A DNA stretch of 64,000 bases from Octopus sinensis (taxonomy: Eukaryota), in the NCBI RefSeq assembly GCF_006345805.1, contig NC_043006.1:90892001-90956000 (forward strand), given 5' to 3'. The position numbers were made by a program, and so were the translations under genes. Shown here piece by piece: positions 49,430-63,819 of this stretch. The notes under the pieces were generated by a model, which was not told the origin of the DNA, did not search any database, and worked only from the letters and a program-made list of their open reading frames with translations. The stretch's first letter is position 1. Each line of letters begins with the position of its first letter.

Positions 49430-50060
49430 ATTTACTCAGTACTATCAGTCATCAGTCAGGCATTCTCCCTGTGTCCAGGAGTTTGTTTGCCAAGACTCTC
49501 CAGTTACTTCGGGCAGGCTCTTGTTTCCAGTGCATTCTTTGATGTCACCAGTACACAAATGTCTTTGGTGGCCTCTTGCTCACTTATCTGCAATTCTTCC
49601 CATCAGGACAGTCTTGAGCAGTGACTCATGCAGCATTGTATGTCCAAAACAGGATAGCTTTGTGGACTTGATTCTTGACTCGAGGTGCATTTTCTACTCT
49701 GTTTTTCTGGTTTAATCTGTACCGTCTGTAAAAGATTTACATCTCAAAGGCTCTGCCTTTTGTTCTCCATAACTGTGTGCATGGTCCAAGATGCTGCTTT
49801 CTAGACAATAATTCATTCATCTAATATAACAGTTTACAAACTTCAAACTTAAAGGCAGAATTATGTCTTTTGGGGTGAAGATCTTTCTCATTCTTACAAA
49901 TGTTGTTTGAGCCTTATTTATTTTTTGAATAACTTTGTGGCAATATTCTTGATTTATTATTTCTCCCAAATACTTGACATTTTTTACTTGTTCAATTTTC
50001 TGTCCATCTACCTTTGTATTTGATTCCTTTTGTTTTATTTTACTAATATATCTGTATCTA
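49430..50060 (-). mobile_element. Decayed RTE (BovB-like) LINE 3' fragment
   Basis: KVDGQKIEQVKNVKYLGEII..KINKAQTTF..CYI, then RIKSTKLSCFGH..LLKTVLMGRI..RGHQR..DIKECTG. Confidence 0.78.
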
Positions 50061-51590
50061 AATATATTTCCGCTTGAGTATTCAATATAAGTTACTGTTT
50101 GTCTAATTACCAACAACCATGCTTAGCTTTTTAAGTTGGTATCTGATTTTATATTAATCCCCACTCACCTTTTTTTTGTCATTCTTTACTTTCTTTATTT
50201 TTCCCATCATAGTTTGGTCATTTTATATTTTTTTTAACACTACCTCCACTGTTTGGACCAGTGATACTGTCTTATGGTACTAAACTGACACAAAATAAGA
50301 ATTGAAAAATTCTGTGTACAAAATATTGATTTCTAACACCTATTTTACAAACCCCACAGAAATAAAGTGAAACTCAACAGAATTTGAACTCAGTGTCTTA
50401 AACCCTGAATAAATACTGATCAGCATTTTGTCCAACAGTAATGATTTTTGTCAATCCTCTACCCTTGTACAAAGTATTACAAATTGAAAGATTATAGATT
50501 TTTGAATAGTGTTAATAAAAGACAGTTTTTTCTTCTTTTTTGTTATTTATAAATTTTACATTATAAAAGTCTTAATATTTTGTTATGATTTAATGTTAAA
50601 AATTTGTACCTGTCAAATTTGAAATATAAAGAAGGAATAATGTTTTGTACATTTTTGGTTGTAAATAAGTTAGCCTTGTGTTACTGAAAAAACCCTTTGT
50701 ATAACTTGTGGGCTAGATTTTATTTCCACTAGCCACTCCAGTGTGTTTGTTTAAAAGGAATTTGCTTAATGGTTGCTTGCTGAGGCAGTACAAATACACA
50801 CAGGGTGTAATGTCTCCAGTTTGGGTTTGTGTTTGATGCAATTAACAATTGCTATAATTTCTCTTCATGAGCAGAAGAAGTACTTGTCCTCTGATGAGTA
50901 ACCAACAAGCTATGAAACATATCCAAATAATTGCCTTTCTATTTTTATACGTGTTTGAAGAGAATAAATAAGATATTTAAGGTTCCACAGTGCAGGCTTT
51001 CTAAAATATATTTTAAGGGTCAAATTTATCTTGAGTTTTCACATACACATTATACCAATCTTTTTGTTTACATGTTTAGCTGAATGATATAGCAGAATAT
51101 AAAGGTTTGTCATGTATTTACAAATTATAGAAAGGAAATAGATGACAGAAAAGACTTGAACTTGAAGCAGTTCAAAAAAATTTTCTTCACAGAGTTATTA
51201 GTTGTTTGATAAGTGTTATGTAAGTAATTATGGAATCAACACTCATATTTTGAAAATAATTATTGCCTGAGCTAACAAGAGAGTGAGTTTTCAGTTATTT
51301 GTCTTAATAGAAATAGCAGCTAAATTGCCTTCAGATCACTCATTATAGAAGGAATAACTCATTGAATAATTCACTAAATTCATTTTATGAGATGATCACA
51401 GCTGGAAGGCTTTTGTCTCTTCCAAGTCAGGCTGAGCTGGTCTTAAACAACAGCAACTGCAATAACTATTCTTTTCATTTAGTTGTATTTCCATTAGTGA
51501 GGATGGTCATGAATATGTTATAATATGTAGATATTCTCTTGAATGGGTGTCTGCTAATCATGATAACTGACTCTGTTAATTTTTATTCAC

Positions 51591-51621
<31 letters not shown>

Positions 51622-52139
51622 TCTCTCCCTCCCCATCTCCACTCTTCTTCCCTCTCTCTTTTTCTCTTTGTCACCTAATTTTTTTGGAAGCTGTTGTCTA
51701 CATTAATTTTAGAGGAAAAAGTTTATTCATTATCAGTTTCAGGGTTTTACCCAACTTGATATGATACGAATAACAGAGTAGTTTCACAAATCTCATGGAT
51801 AAGTGGGAGGCTTCCTTTAAATACTTTACATTGTGGTCCTTTGTAGCTGTTCCATTATTCCAGCCTCTCTATTTTCTGCAGATTTAACAGTAAAGGTTTT
51901 CAACAATTGATTAACAATATTGTTTAATTTTGACCCTACAATTAAGAAATTCACTTTGTGATTATGGGATTCTTGGTTCAATTCCAGGACACAGTATATA
52001 AAACAGGTGTATAATACCTTAACATCAGGTTGAATAATGTGACCTGAGAGACTACAAGGAAACTGTGGGTGGGTGTGTATGCATGTGTTCATGCACACAC
52101 ATACACAAGTATATATATATCCTCCTCCTCCTCATTATT

Positions 52140-52370
52140 ATCATTTTGCATCCACTTTCCATATTGGTGTGTGTTGGATGGGTCAGTTCTTATTCAGTGT
52201 TGTTACCTGTTTAGATGAAGCTGTTGGAGGCACATCTTACCCATTCATGTTACTTTTGGCTTGATTTCTATGACTGGATGCCCTTCTTAATGCCAAACAC
52301 TTTAGAGAATGTTCTAGGTGCATTTCATATCATAGCACCAGCACTGGGGAGGTTGTCATGTCTTTAACAA
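52140..52370 (-). mobile_element. Degenerate RTE 3'-tail copy
   Basis: CACTTTCCATATTGG..GTTGGATGG..CTGGATGCCCTTCTTAATGCCAA on the plus strand. Confidence 0.65.
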
Positions 52371-53800
52371 GACCGAAAGGTCTGTTCAAGATTATTGGAC
52401 CCTTTTGTTTTGCAGCCTACAAAACAAAATAGCTCTCCTGTTTATATACAGTCTCTGTTTATTCAGTACAATATGACTAGTAGAGGGGGTTGGAGGCAGG
52501 GTGATTGCAGAAGATGCAGAGACAAAGAAACAAGAGTATGCTAGGGAAAGCTAAGAGGTTACATGTGTGTGTGTGTGTTTGTGTGTGTATGTGTTTGTTG
52601 TTTCATCTAACAAACAAAACTCTTGTAGAGTGAGTTACATCATTTAATGCCAAAGGTGAACTGAGTCATCATATGAAAAAAAAATCATTAAAATAAGTTC
52701 TTGACAACATATTGGTGTTGATACAATCAGTTTGAAGGCAGTGCCCAAGAATGGCTGTAGTTCAAAGACAGAATAGCAGAAAAAAACAGAATACATTTTT
52801 AATGTGACATTAACAGCTTCTAAATATTTTCATTTAGAATTTTGTTTTTAAGTGTTATAAATTTTGAATGGGACTTGTAATGTCATATTAATAGTCTCTA
52901 AACATCAAGGCTAGAACAACTTTAGAGTTCATGCAGTTTACTATAATTAAAACATATTAAATTAGGTTTGTGAGAGTTGGGAATTACTGAAATTAGGTCA
53001 TACAACTCAAAACAAACGAGATAAAAACTTGATCAAATATCATAGTTAATTGGTTGACTAGCAACCGAATATAAAAGATAGGCTGAGTAACTGCATTAAA
53101 GTGCAGGCTGGGTGTGCCAATCGAGAAGAATGACATGAAGTAATAAATGTACTAGAAATAATAAAAAGACAATGTCATGAACTTTGTAGAAGGTAAATTC
53201 GAATATATTTTCATAAAACAAAAGATCTGTGCTTAAATGACAGTACAGTTGTACAGTGTGTATTTTAAAAAGTACTTCTAAGTGTATTAGTCATGCACCT
53301 TTATTATATATGATGACTGTAGTTTATAAGGAGAGAGAGATTTCATAATGTGAAGAATTATTCTATCTAAACTTGGTTTCAACTCAAGCTTCATATTTTT
53401 AACTTTAATTTTAACCTATTTTTTTCTTTTCTAAGGAATTTTCTCTTTTTGGGGGCTGTAGTCATTGCATTAATCAATTATTCAAATCAAAAGTTACATT
53501 TATCATCATCATCATCATGATAAATCGTTGTTGCTATCATCACCATTGTCATCATCATCATCATCAACATCATCATCTCTATTCCATTCTGTAGGGAAGA
53601 GAGGTGGAAGAGGCATGCATCTGACAAAAGAACACAAAAATCAATGAGATGGAATAAGTTTGATGCTTAGAGAATTGGGGAAGAGTTAATTAAAATGATG
53701 CTCCAGATATTGTCCTTCTTTAGAGAAGGGTCTAGAATGGAAAGAGAGGAGGAAAGACAAGGAAAATAACTGAAAAAAATTCAAAGGTGCAACTGAAGTA

Positions 53801-53960
53801 GTGTGTGTATGTATGTGTATGTGTGTGTGTGTGTATACACATGCATTTATCTATGTATATATGTTTCTAACATACATGTGTATATGTATACTATGTATGT
53901 GTCATATATATATATATATATATATGTATGTATATATATATATGTGTATATATATATATA

Positions 53961-54032
<72 letters not shown>

Positions 54033-54055
54033 ATATACACACATGTATGTGTGTA
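53801..54055. repeat. Compound (TG)n/(TA)n microsatellite
   Basis: Seen directly. Confidence 0.93.
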
Positions 54056-55961
54056 AATAAATCATAAGAAATCTCCATCTCTCATATGAAACTTTTTTTT
54101 CCCCTTTTATGTGCGATTACAAAGGAAAATTAATTGACAATTACAACATATGTTTGTGATACTTGTTCCTTTTATTTATTGTTATTGGCTATTTCTAAGC
54201 CGATAATTGGACTTCAATTAACTAGAAGCTTTGTTTTAACTAAACATTTGAGTATCTTAACTTTAGCTATTCTTAATATTAGCTCCTTGTAAGACATTAT
54301 TTTTACTGCACTCTGCATTATTTATTCATGTGAAAATTGAAAATCTGAAGAAAACAATTTTTTTTTTCTAAATTTGTAACGAATATTGACTATACTTGTA
54401 TCTTGTAGAAAATGACTTTATAGGAAATACACCTAATTGTAAAATTTTTCTCCCCAACCCCCAAGACTGCATCTTTTAAGAAAAAAACCTATACAATTAG
54501 AAGATATTGATCTAACTTCCTAAATCCTATCACATTAATTTTTAGTCAAAACTTTTCTGCTTTTGACTTTCATTTTGGGAAAAATAACCTATTTTAAATC
54601 CAAGAGATAATGAAGTTCTTTGATGATTGCAAGACACAATGTTCATTTGTATAATATTTCCAAAAGAAGACATACATTATTGTCTATTAAATGTTAAATG
54701 GGTTTTTAACTCCTTCCTAACACAAGTTTATCTATTAAAATTGTTTCATTTTATTTCAAAAAATTTAATCCAATCAGCTTTATCTGAGATGTCTAAAAAT
54801 TGTTCTCAATACTACTTAACCAGAGGAAAATGTGCAATTTTCCATTTTTCTCTTTCCTTGTCTATTAAACCTAATTTGATGGCTTTTTTTTTCTTCATTA
54901 TCAAGTAAAAATAGTTTTTGGAGAAAACATTATCGTTTATTATAAACACCAGAAAGATAAAACATCTTAAAGATATTCCCTTTGTACCCCTCCTCTATGT
55001 ATATTCTCTTCTTATCTTACTTGCCATTCTCACTTGTCCATACACATTTCCATACAAATTATAATAACCTATATTTTTACCTGTAGTGGCTGATTCATTT
55101 TATAAACTGGAATTTGTTTCTGTACTGTATTACATTTAGCTAATATTTAGTTTTATGACCACATTTTGAAAATATAGTCAATTCAGGTGCCATTGGGTGG
55201 TCAAGGAGTTTGTTTCACTGAACCACAGGTTCTCTAGTTTCATGTCTCTCTGCTCAGCACTTTGGGCAAATGTCTTTTAGTATCACCTTGAGCCACCCAA
55301 CACCTTCATAGATGGAAACCACTTGAAGACCCATTGCATATGCACACATACATATATGTGTTTGTTGTGTGTGTGAAAGTTGTCATTGCTTTTCTGATGA
55401 GATTGTCTTGGCAAAAAGTAGTGTCACAGTGAACAGTTTGTCTTTTAACTCTGCACTTTCAAAATTGTGGAATAAAGACTCCCTTCTAAGCCAGGTAAAG
55501 GTTGATAACAGGAAGAGCACCCATCTATAAAGCTGCTGTTTCAAGTAAGTAACCAATTAGTCTTCACCAACTTGAATAGGTTAAGCAAATGCATAAATGA
55601 CTATTAAATCTTCTAAGAATCTATGCCATTAAATGAGCAAGTTTTAAAAAGATATTGTTTCTAATTTTTAGGTAATATAACAGGATATCTCGTTTAAAAT
55701 ATCTAATTTGAAGTAGAAGGAAATTGTGTGGTAATACTTTAGGTGAAGATAATAAATTGTTACATGTAAAATTTAAAGTTTAGGTTGTGCTGAGGCCATT
55801 GCTCTGACTTCTTCAACATTGATAAATACAATTAATGCAAATAGCATTTAATTATTGAGTTAAGGCTTAAAACATCATAAAACATTTTCTCCAATTATTT
55901 ATGTGTGTGTATGTGAGTATGTGTGTATATCTATATATGTGTGTACGTATGTGTGTGGTCA

Positions 55962-56160
55962 AAGCATGTGGCTTAGTGGTTAGGGTGTTGTGAGTTCAAT
56001 TCCCAGTGACATGTTTTCACACTGAATCTCCCTGAGAACCACATTAAGAGTAAGCATATCTGTGGAGTGCTCAGCCACTTGCATGTTAATTTCATGAGCA
56101 GGCTATTCCATTGATTGGATCAACTGCAATCCTTGTTGTCATAACTGATAGAGTGCTGCA
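55962..56160 (+). mobile_element. tRNA-derived SINE, family 2 (internally deleted)
   Basis: GCATGTGGCTTAGTGGTTAGGGTG..GAGTTCAATTCCC..GTGGAGTGCTCAGCCACTTGCATGTTAATT. Confidence 0.7.
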
Positions 56161-57139
56161 GCTGCTCTGTGTGTGTGTGTGCGTGTATGTATAACCTGCC
56201 CTACAGTGAAGCCTGGCAGAGGCACAATGTAAAATCTGGTCTGCAGAAGTGCCACCCAAATGTTTAAAGCTCAAATATCAAGTAAATTTTCACTTGCAAC
56301 TTATGAAAGCAGAGTTGGTACAGAAACAATTGTAACTGATCATTAAAGATGTGTTAAAGTCTTTGTTTGTCTTCTTTATATTCTATATATGTGTATAGAT
56401 AAATTGAAAATAATGACAGTAGTATTTTTTAGCATTGTTAATTTGATTTTTAAAACACAAGTAACTTCATAAACATAATTTTGAGTTTATGAAATTTCTC
56501 TGTCTCGACTTTTACTCAAGAATTGTTCACAGGAATAAACAAAAGATGTATTATCTTGTAGCTGTTCCTTTTTATTGTCTTCTAGAAATAATGATGGCCA
56601 TTTATTGACTTGTTTAGAAAGGAGATCCTAATCATTCCAATTGTATAGTCAATTTTCTTCCATTTTCTATTGCATCGCAGTTTTCAAATATGCTTCAATT
56701 ATAATTTATTCCTTTGAGTGACATTTTTAGTATTGTAAAACTTCACTATAACTTTATTATGTAATCATATGGTAAAAGTATATTTACTATATTTAGTTAG
56801 TCTTTGTTTATAAAAAGGCTGACTAAGTGAGCATGATGATGGTGATGATGATGTCTCATCCTCATCATCATTATACATGCACGTTCTGTGTTCAATGCTC
56901 ATTTATTCCTTCATGTTTATAATTGTTGTAAGTAACTCCCAAGTTTTGTGTTGTCACTTGTTATATATACAATTGTTGTTTTCCTTTTATATTCAACATT
57001 GATATTGTATGTTTTAGCATTTGCTCTTCCTTGGGTGAAGCATCTCAAATTTTTTGTTGCTTTAACTTGAACTTAAAATTGTTATACTTGGTAATTCAAA
57101 TCTATTTTCCATTGTCTCCTCTCACTGCTACTCCCTCCC

Positions 57140-57400
57140 AGTTGAGGGAGATTTTGTCTTGCAAGTTACTTGGTGACCCTGTTGGTGCTGGTACCTCCTA
57201 AAAAGCACTGGTCGTGGTACCATGTAAAAAGCACTCAGTATACTTTGTGAAGTTGTTGGTGTTAAGAAGAGCAGCCAGCCGTGGAAACCCTGCCAAAACA
57301 AGCAGATGCAACCTGGCCTGGCTCCTGGCCTTATCAGCTTCTGTCAAACTGTCCAACCCATGCCAGCATGAAATGTTAAATGATGATGATGATGATGGTG
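57140..57400 (+). mobile_element. RTE 3'-tail copy
   Basis: GTAAAAAGCAC..GCAGCCAGCCGTGGAAACC..TGTCCAACCCATGCCAGCATG..GTTAAA(TGA)n. Confidence 0.75.
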
Positions 57401-58424
57401 GTGGTATTGGTGGTGGTGGCTGCGGCGGCAGTGCTGCTGCTGCTGCATCATCCTCCTCCTCCGACGACGACTACTCCTAGTCTTATATTGCATTGATTAA
57501 GGATATTTATAAGAATAGTCTTGTCAGAATTAACTTTTTGAATATTTTAGAGTTACTACTCTAATAATTTATTCTGGATTGTAGTTGATAAAGACATGTA
57601 GTAATGTCTACTAAAAGTATATTTACTTATCTAACATGTACTCATATAATGGAAGATACATTGAAATACTCTTATCCTGTTTTAAATCTCTGAGATGAGT
57701 TGTTAAGATTAGAATCCTAACATTATATTATCTCAGTCAGATTGTAAACTCATTTTTAGATGAGAAACCTTTTCTAATATTTACATCCACACTACTTTCC
57801 AATTCGTTTGATCTCTGATTGTCTTCAGGTGTCTTATTCCTGGATATGTACCTAGTACTAAACTGGATTTGCATTATAAACCTGTATCTTAAATTGATGG
57901 TTATACATTTTTATGTACAGTCGCTAGTAACACATTTATCCACTATGTTACTAATAATACTCATATTCACTATGTAACTAGTAACTCATTTATTTGTATA
58001 CAGCTGTGATCAGCATTACTACTTTTAGTTTAGAAACTGACGTTTCTAGTTCAAATCCAGTCTAGTACTTTGTACATAGTGAGGAATAAGACCAAACTTG
58101 AGAAAATGTTTATCATCCTTTAACATCTATTTTCTGTGCAGGCATGGGTTGGATGGTTGGACATGAGCTGGCAAACCAGAGGATTTCACCCAGTTCCAAT
58201 GTTTGCTTTGGCGTAGTTTCTATAGTGTAGATGTAAATATTACAAAAGTGTTTCATCTCTAAAGATTTGATTAATTATGGAGAAATTATAATCAGATCAT
58301 TCTTTTTTTAATTAGGCACAAACGGAGTAAGTGGAGTGTTTGAAATGGTAGAGTCCTTCACTAAATGCTTTATGCCATCAGAATCTTGTAACTTACCAAT
58401 GTTGCTAAAATATTTATCAGGCAC

Positions 58425-58820
58425 TTAGGTGCAATTTGGTTAAGGTGTTAGTTTTGCAATGTGATTCCAGATCCAACTCTTTTGAGTGGTACCTAGAGCA
58501 AGTGTCTTTTAATATAGCTTCTAGTTGACCAAAGATCTCATGAGTGGTATTTGGTAGAGAGAAATTGTGCAGATGCCAAACATACACACTCACACACACA
58601 CACTCATGCGAACACACGCACACGATTGTGTCTGTCTGTTTATCTAAAAACTGGTGCTGTTTGTGTTGTGCACTTTTATGTCCCATGATTTAATGGCTCC
58701 ACAAATACAGATCAATACAATAAATACTTAACTGAAATAAGTGGTAGGTTGACATAATTGATTAAGTCCTTAAAAGCAGTGTACCAGTATGGCCACACTA
58801 TCAAATGACTGAAACCACTA
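58425..58820 (+). mobile_element. Degenerate SINE, family 1
   Basis: GAGCAAGTGTCTT, GGTATTTGGTAGA, and CCAGTATGGCCAC..TCAAATGACTGAAAC. Confidence 0.6.
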
Positions 58821-59194
58821 GAAGAAAGGAAAAAGAAAATAAAAAAAGATGATATCAGTTCTACGCAACCAGCTCAATCACTTCTATTCTTCCCTCAACA
58901 AACGTGTGGCCTCGAGCTAATGCAAGGAAACAACTTCACATAAAATCAATTTTCACAGTGTAGGACTGGTACAGCTAAGAGAATTGTTCCTCACTATATT
59001 ATCCAGACTTATTTTATCAACCTGAGAGAATGAAAGACAAAGTCAATCGCAGAAGGATGAATCAAAATAGCAGAAGGCATTAAAGTTCAGTTTGCCACGA
59101 TTTCTGCCAGCTCATTGCCCACACACCATCAGTTGGTCATATTAAAATATTGACTACACTGAAAGCAAAAAAATCTCTTTCAAAAATAAATTCA

Positions 59195-59379
59195 GTTATG
59201 GCCATGTGGTTATGAAACTTACTTTGTAACTATGTGATTTGGGGTCCAGTCTCACTGCATGGTACTTTGGGCAAGTGTTTTCTTCTATAGCCCTGAGATA
59301 ACCAAACCTTTGTGAATTTGGTAGACGGAAATTATGAGAGAGCTTACTCTGTGTGAGTGTGTATGTGTGTGAATGTGCA

Positions 59380-59442
<63 letters not shown>

Positions 59443-59670
59443 ATGTCTGTATACATGTGTCCGTGTATGCTTTTGTGTTCTTGTGTTTGTACAACTCCAC
59501 CACTTAATGACCAATGTTGGTTTGTTTCTATCCCTATGACTTAGTGGTTCAGTAAAAGTGACTGACAGAATAAGTACCAGACTTACAAATAAGTACTGGA
59601 GTTAATTTGTTTTAATCAAAACCCTTTGAAGTAGTGCTCCAGCATGGCCACAGTCAAATGACTGAAATAA
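59195..59670 (+). mobile_element. tRNA-derived SINE, family 1
   Basis: TGGCCATGTGGTT head, TTGGGCAAGTG, AATAAGTACCAGACTTACAAA, and CTCCAGCATGGCCACAGTCAAATGACTGAAA. Confidence 0.82.
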
Positions 59671-62600
59671 GAAAATATAAGAGATAAAACTACAACTTTA
59701 ATAATTTTTCACTGAAATCATTTTGAATTAAAACCTTTAAAATTGCTAAAGTAGTAGTTTGTTCCACCTGTGAGCCTTAAGTAATCACACCTAAACCTGT
59801 GATCAAAAGCTTTCCAACTATGACCATTTCATTTTGTTCTTTCTTTGACTGGTTGCATGGAATAATATTCTCTTCTCAACTATTTCATCTGATATATGTT
59901 GCTGTTGTTGTTATTATTATTGCTATTTTAATTCAGTAAAATGTAGTTTGAGGGAGATTCGGGTGCAATTGTTAGCAAGTTGGTTGACAATGTTCACATG
60001 TTCTATTTAATGGTGCATTGTCTGAAACTGAAAGAATAAAAAGAATATTTTAGAAGCATAAACAAACAACCAGTCATCAATGAGTCAGTGAGGGAGTCCC
60101 TGCACAGTTATTTTCCCTGCAAAAATTAGCAGCCAAATCCTCTTCAAACCACACCTCACCATCTTAGAAATTGAAAGGCACAGATAATAAGGTTTTAGAT
60201 CTGAAAAAAAAAAAAGCCTAAAAAAAACAGCAATATGGTCATGGCTAAACTGCCTTTTGATCATAGAGCTCTGGATTAAGGCTGACCTGGGGCTAAACAA
60301 CATCTAATCTTTGAAAATGTTTGTTTTATGAGAAACCTATAATTTAGTTGACACTTTCTCAAGTATTTCTAACTCATCACATAATATTATGTGTATCTTG
60401 ACATGTAAATATTATAGATATACTTTGCATATTATTGTCAGAAAAATAGGCTAATCTCTTTTCAGAATGCAAAATTTGCAAATGGCTTGAATGTCTTCTT
60501 TATTCCAGTGAGAATATTATCTGGTTTTAGACAAAAACACTCAGTTATATTTGACTATTTAAAACGAAATTATATTAGATATCTATCAGAATTGTTGTAA
60601 ATAGCATATTTTGACTTTATCATGTTTCACATCATATTTAGATTTTTTTTAGTATCTATATTTTCATTTCTTTTATGTTCTTTTTTAATTTTTATTTTCC
60701 ATTAATTTACATTCTATCAAATAGTACTTTTTTAAAATGTATATCTTTTACCTAAATATTCTACTATTATGTTAACAATTTCTTTTTTAAAGAGTGATAG
60801 GTTTGTTGTCTATTGATTGATCAATGACTTAAATGGATTTAAACTGGAAACATTTATCCAAACACTAACTGCCTCTAAGAGAAATTATGTTAAATCTTCC
60901 TTTCTGTATAACTTTTCATTCTTTCATCAAAGTTACCTTCTTGTATAATTGAAATGCCATTCCAGGTTTCAGAATTCTCCATCACTTTTGTAGAAACAAA
61001 TCTGTGGAGTTGTAACTAAGAACAAGATTTTACTTGTATTTCACACTAAATCTGGGTCTTGTTATCATTGTGGTTTATCTACTGAAGTGAGAAATCCATG
61101 TTAGTAATTGAGTAAAAAAAAAAGGTCTGCAAATGAAATTCCTTAGCTTTCAGTTTTCAACTTGATTTAGCAAAAATTCTCTCCCCCACCTCATTCAATA
61201 TACACTTAGGTATCGGAATCTGAAGAGGTTAACATTGTCAGTGATAGAGGTTACCAAATTAGATATTAGGGTATCTTATATTTCTATCTTTTATTCATTT
61301 AATAAACTCACATAAACTAATAATGACATTTTCAAATTTGAGGTAGTTTTTCAAAATTAAAAGAATTATCCTTTTATATATATATATATATAATCTAATT
61401 TTATTGTGAGCATTACTGAATATCATATCAGCTTGACACCATTAAAACAAAATTTTTTAAAACTATTGTTTCAAAGAGCATAAAACAGATAGGAATGTAA
61501 TTTCTGAACTACAATAAATCCTGCTTTTTGTTCCCATCACATTCCTTTATGAATATATTCACGAAATTGTTTCATATATGATGATGATGATGATGTTCAA
61601 GATATCTTTTTAAAAATTAAACAACCTTCTCTAGATAAACTATGTTTGTAATTAGTTCATCAGCCTTATCTCTTTAATGCTGTCTCATTAATGAGGTTAA
61701 TTATTAATTAACCAGTGAGTAACTAATAACTATGCATTGCCCATGGAATTACTTAAGCTGCGTATCCACAGAGTTGAGGCTCAGTTATTCACAATGTCTA
61801 GAGATTTATTGATGAGTGAATCATTGTACTTTTTCTCCCATCTTATTACTTCAGTTTCTTCGAAGAAGTTTGTTTTCCAACACTTGCATGTGCCTTCATA
61901 TAATTATCACTTACAGAAATTTTCTGAAAATATATCATCATCAACATCAATCTGCTTTCCATGCTGGCATGAGTTGGATGTTTTGACAGGGTCTTTTATA
62001 CTATACTAGTTTTCTCAACTCTTATAAGGAAGTATGCTTCTTAGTGCAAGGAGTAAATGTCTCAAGAGCAAAACCTATCATATCCTTTCAGCTTCTAGTC
62101 AAAGTCTGTTCATTTAACATATTTCTAAAACACTTTTAAAATGTTTCTCCATTATTAATGCTTGGATTTGTACTTTAATCCTTGATTTTCATCTCCCTCT
62201 CCTCTTCTCTCTCCCTTTCTCACTCTACCCTCCCCACTCATGCACACATTTTAAATCCAAATAATAATGCTCTAAGCGTTGTGTTTCATAGATAGCTGCT
62301 TTCATTTGAAAGGACTTATTGTACATGTAGCATATTGGACAACTGTTCTTAAAATATTCTGAAGATATAATTGCAGCACTGATCAATAATCTATTGCTTG
62401 GTCTTTCTTGATTGGATTCAAATGTTATTTAATGTTTTATCTTCTATTGCTCTACCTCTCCTGTTGAGTAATTGGTAGAATGGCTTCCATACCATAGATA
62501 TTTAAAAAATTTATTTTACTTGTACTCTTTACCATTCCCTGAAAATTATACCTATCAGCCATGTTTTGCAGAACACAAGATCAACCTAGATTAAATCGGT

Positions 62601-63819
62601 AGATTTTTCAGTTCATTGGGCTGGTTGTATTGCTAAACAGCTGAGCAATTTTGTATATTTTGAAGACCATTTAGATAAATCAAAATCAGTTGAAATTTGC
62701 AGTTTTACTAAATGGAAATTATTGCTCTAATTGGAACCAAATACTCCTTTCCATAAATTGTAGAGTCTGTATCTTTGACACTGCACACCAAAGCTGCCCA
62801 CTTTATTGGAAACAATAAATATAATTTCTACAGAATTCATGAGTTACACTCCACTTTTGTAATTAATTTCACACCATATTTACAATTGTTGCTTTCTACA
62901 ATTCTTTTCATCTCCTTCGTCAACTAGCTATGTATCACCTCATTAGCGTCACCAAGCAGAAAATTACCTCAGCTGGTTTGATGTATTGAAAAACTGTGCT
63001 TTCAAACCCACCATCACACTACTACACCACGTACAATTTTACTTTCTTGCATTTCCTTTGCTGCCTGGGTTATTAAATGTTACTTCTATTGATTTGTAAT
63101 ACAATTGACAACAGATTTCTTATAGACGAATATAAACTGAACTTTTATAAATCCTTAAGAAATTAACTATTTTTATGTAGATTTGGTCTACAATAAAATG
63201 CTTTTGGCTACCATCAGCATTTAGCTGTAAACTAAAATTATGGTCTAACTCAATTAGTTGCTTGAATATGAACAGTAATTTTGCATTAGATTCTAACTTC
63301 ATTGAAGTGTTCAAAGAAGCTAACCAATAACAATTTATATTTATTTTTGGAATATCTACTGGTATCTCTCTTGCATTTCAGATTTTTCCTTCATTCAGCT
63401 AATGTTAACAACTTAAAATTATTTTGCTATCGATAAATGAAATTTGGGCCTTTAACATCAAGTTCACAATTGCCATAAAGTGTCTGGCATTGTATATATT
63501 GACCTTGTTTCCTTCACATTTCACATCATTTCTTCTCTCCCCATTTAACTGTGGTTGGATGATTCTTAAAAAAGGATTATTATGAATAAATATTTATTGT
63601 ATTGGTAGATTAAATACAAGGTTTCTAATCTATTATATTTCACAGTTTTATTTGAGCTGGAAATGAATAAGATACTTTATATGGAAACCATTTCACTACA
63701 TGTATTTTAAAATAAACAATGAAACTCAAGGATGCGAGATGAGCCTTAGTCTTGTATTAATGATTGACCGTGACGACTGGCTTTGGTAACAATTCTTTTT
63801 AATCTTGGCACAAGGCAAG

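Noticed and set aside
50891-50922. CTGATGA...GAAAC hammerhead-like spacing
   Set aside because: Stem II is unstable and lacks the G-C closing pair, there is no stem I, and there is no element context.
48795-62740. Further exon-like segments (e.g. near 48795, 54400, 57829, 60466, 60509, 62610)
   Set aside because: Each has a plausible acceptor, but the donor or frame is ambiguous. Such matches are frequent on both strands in this AT-rich DNA and could not be chained or identified.
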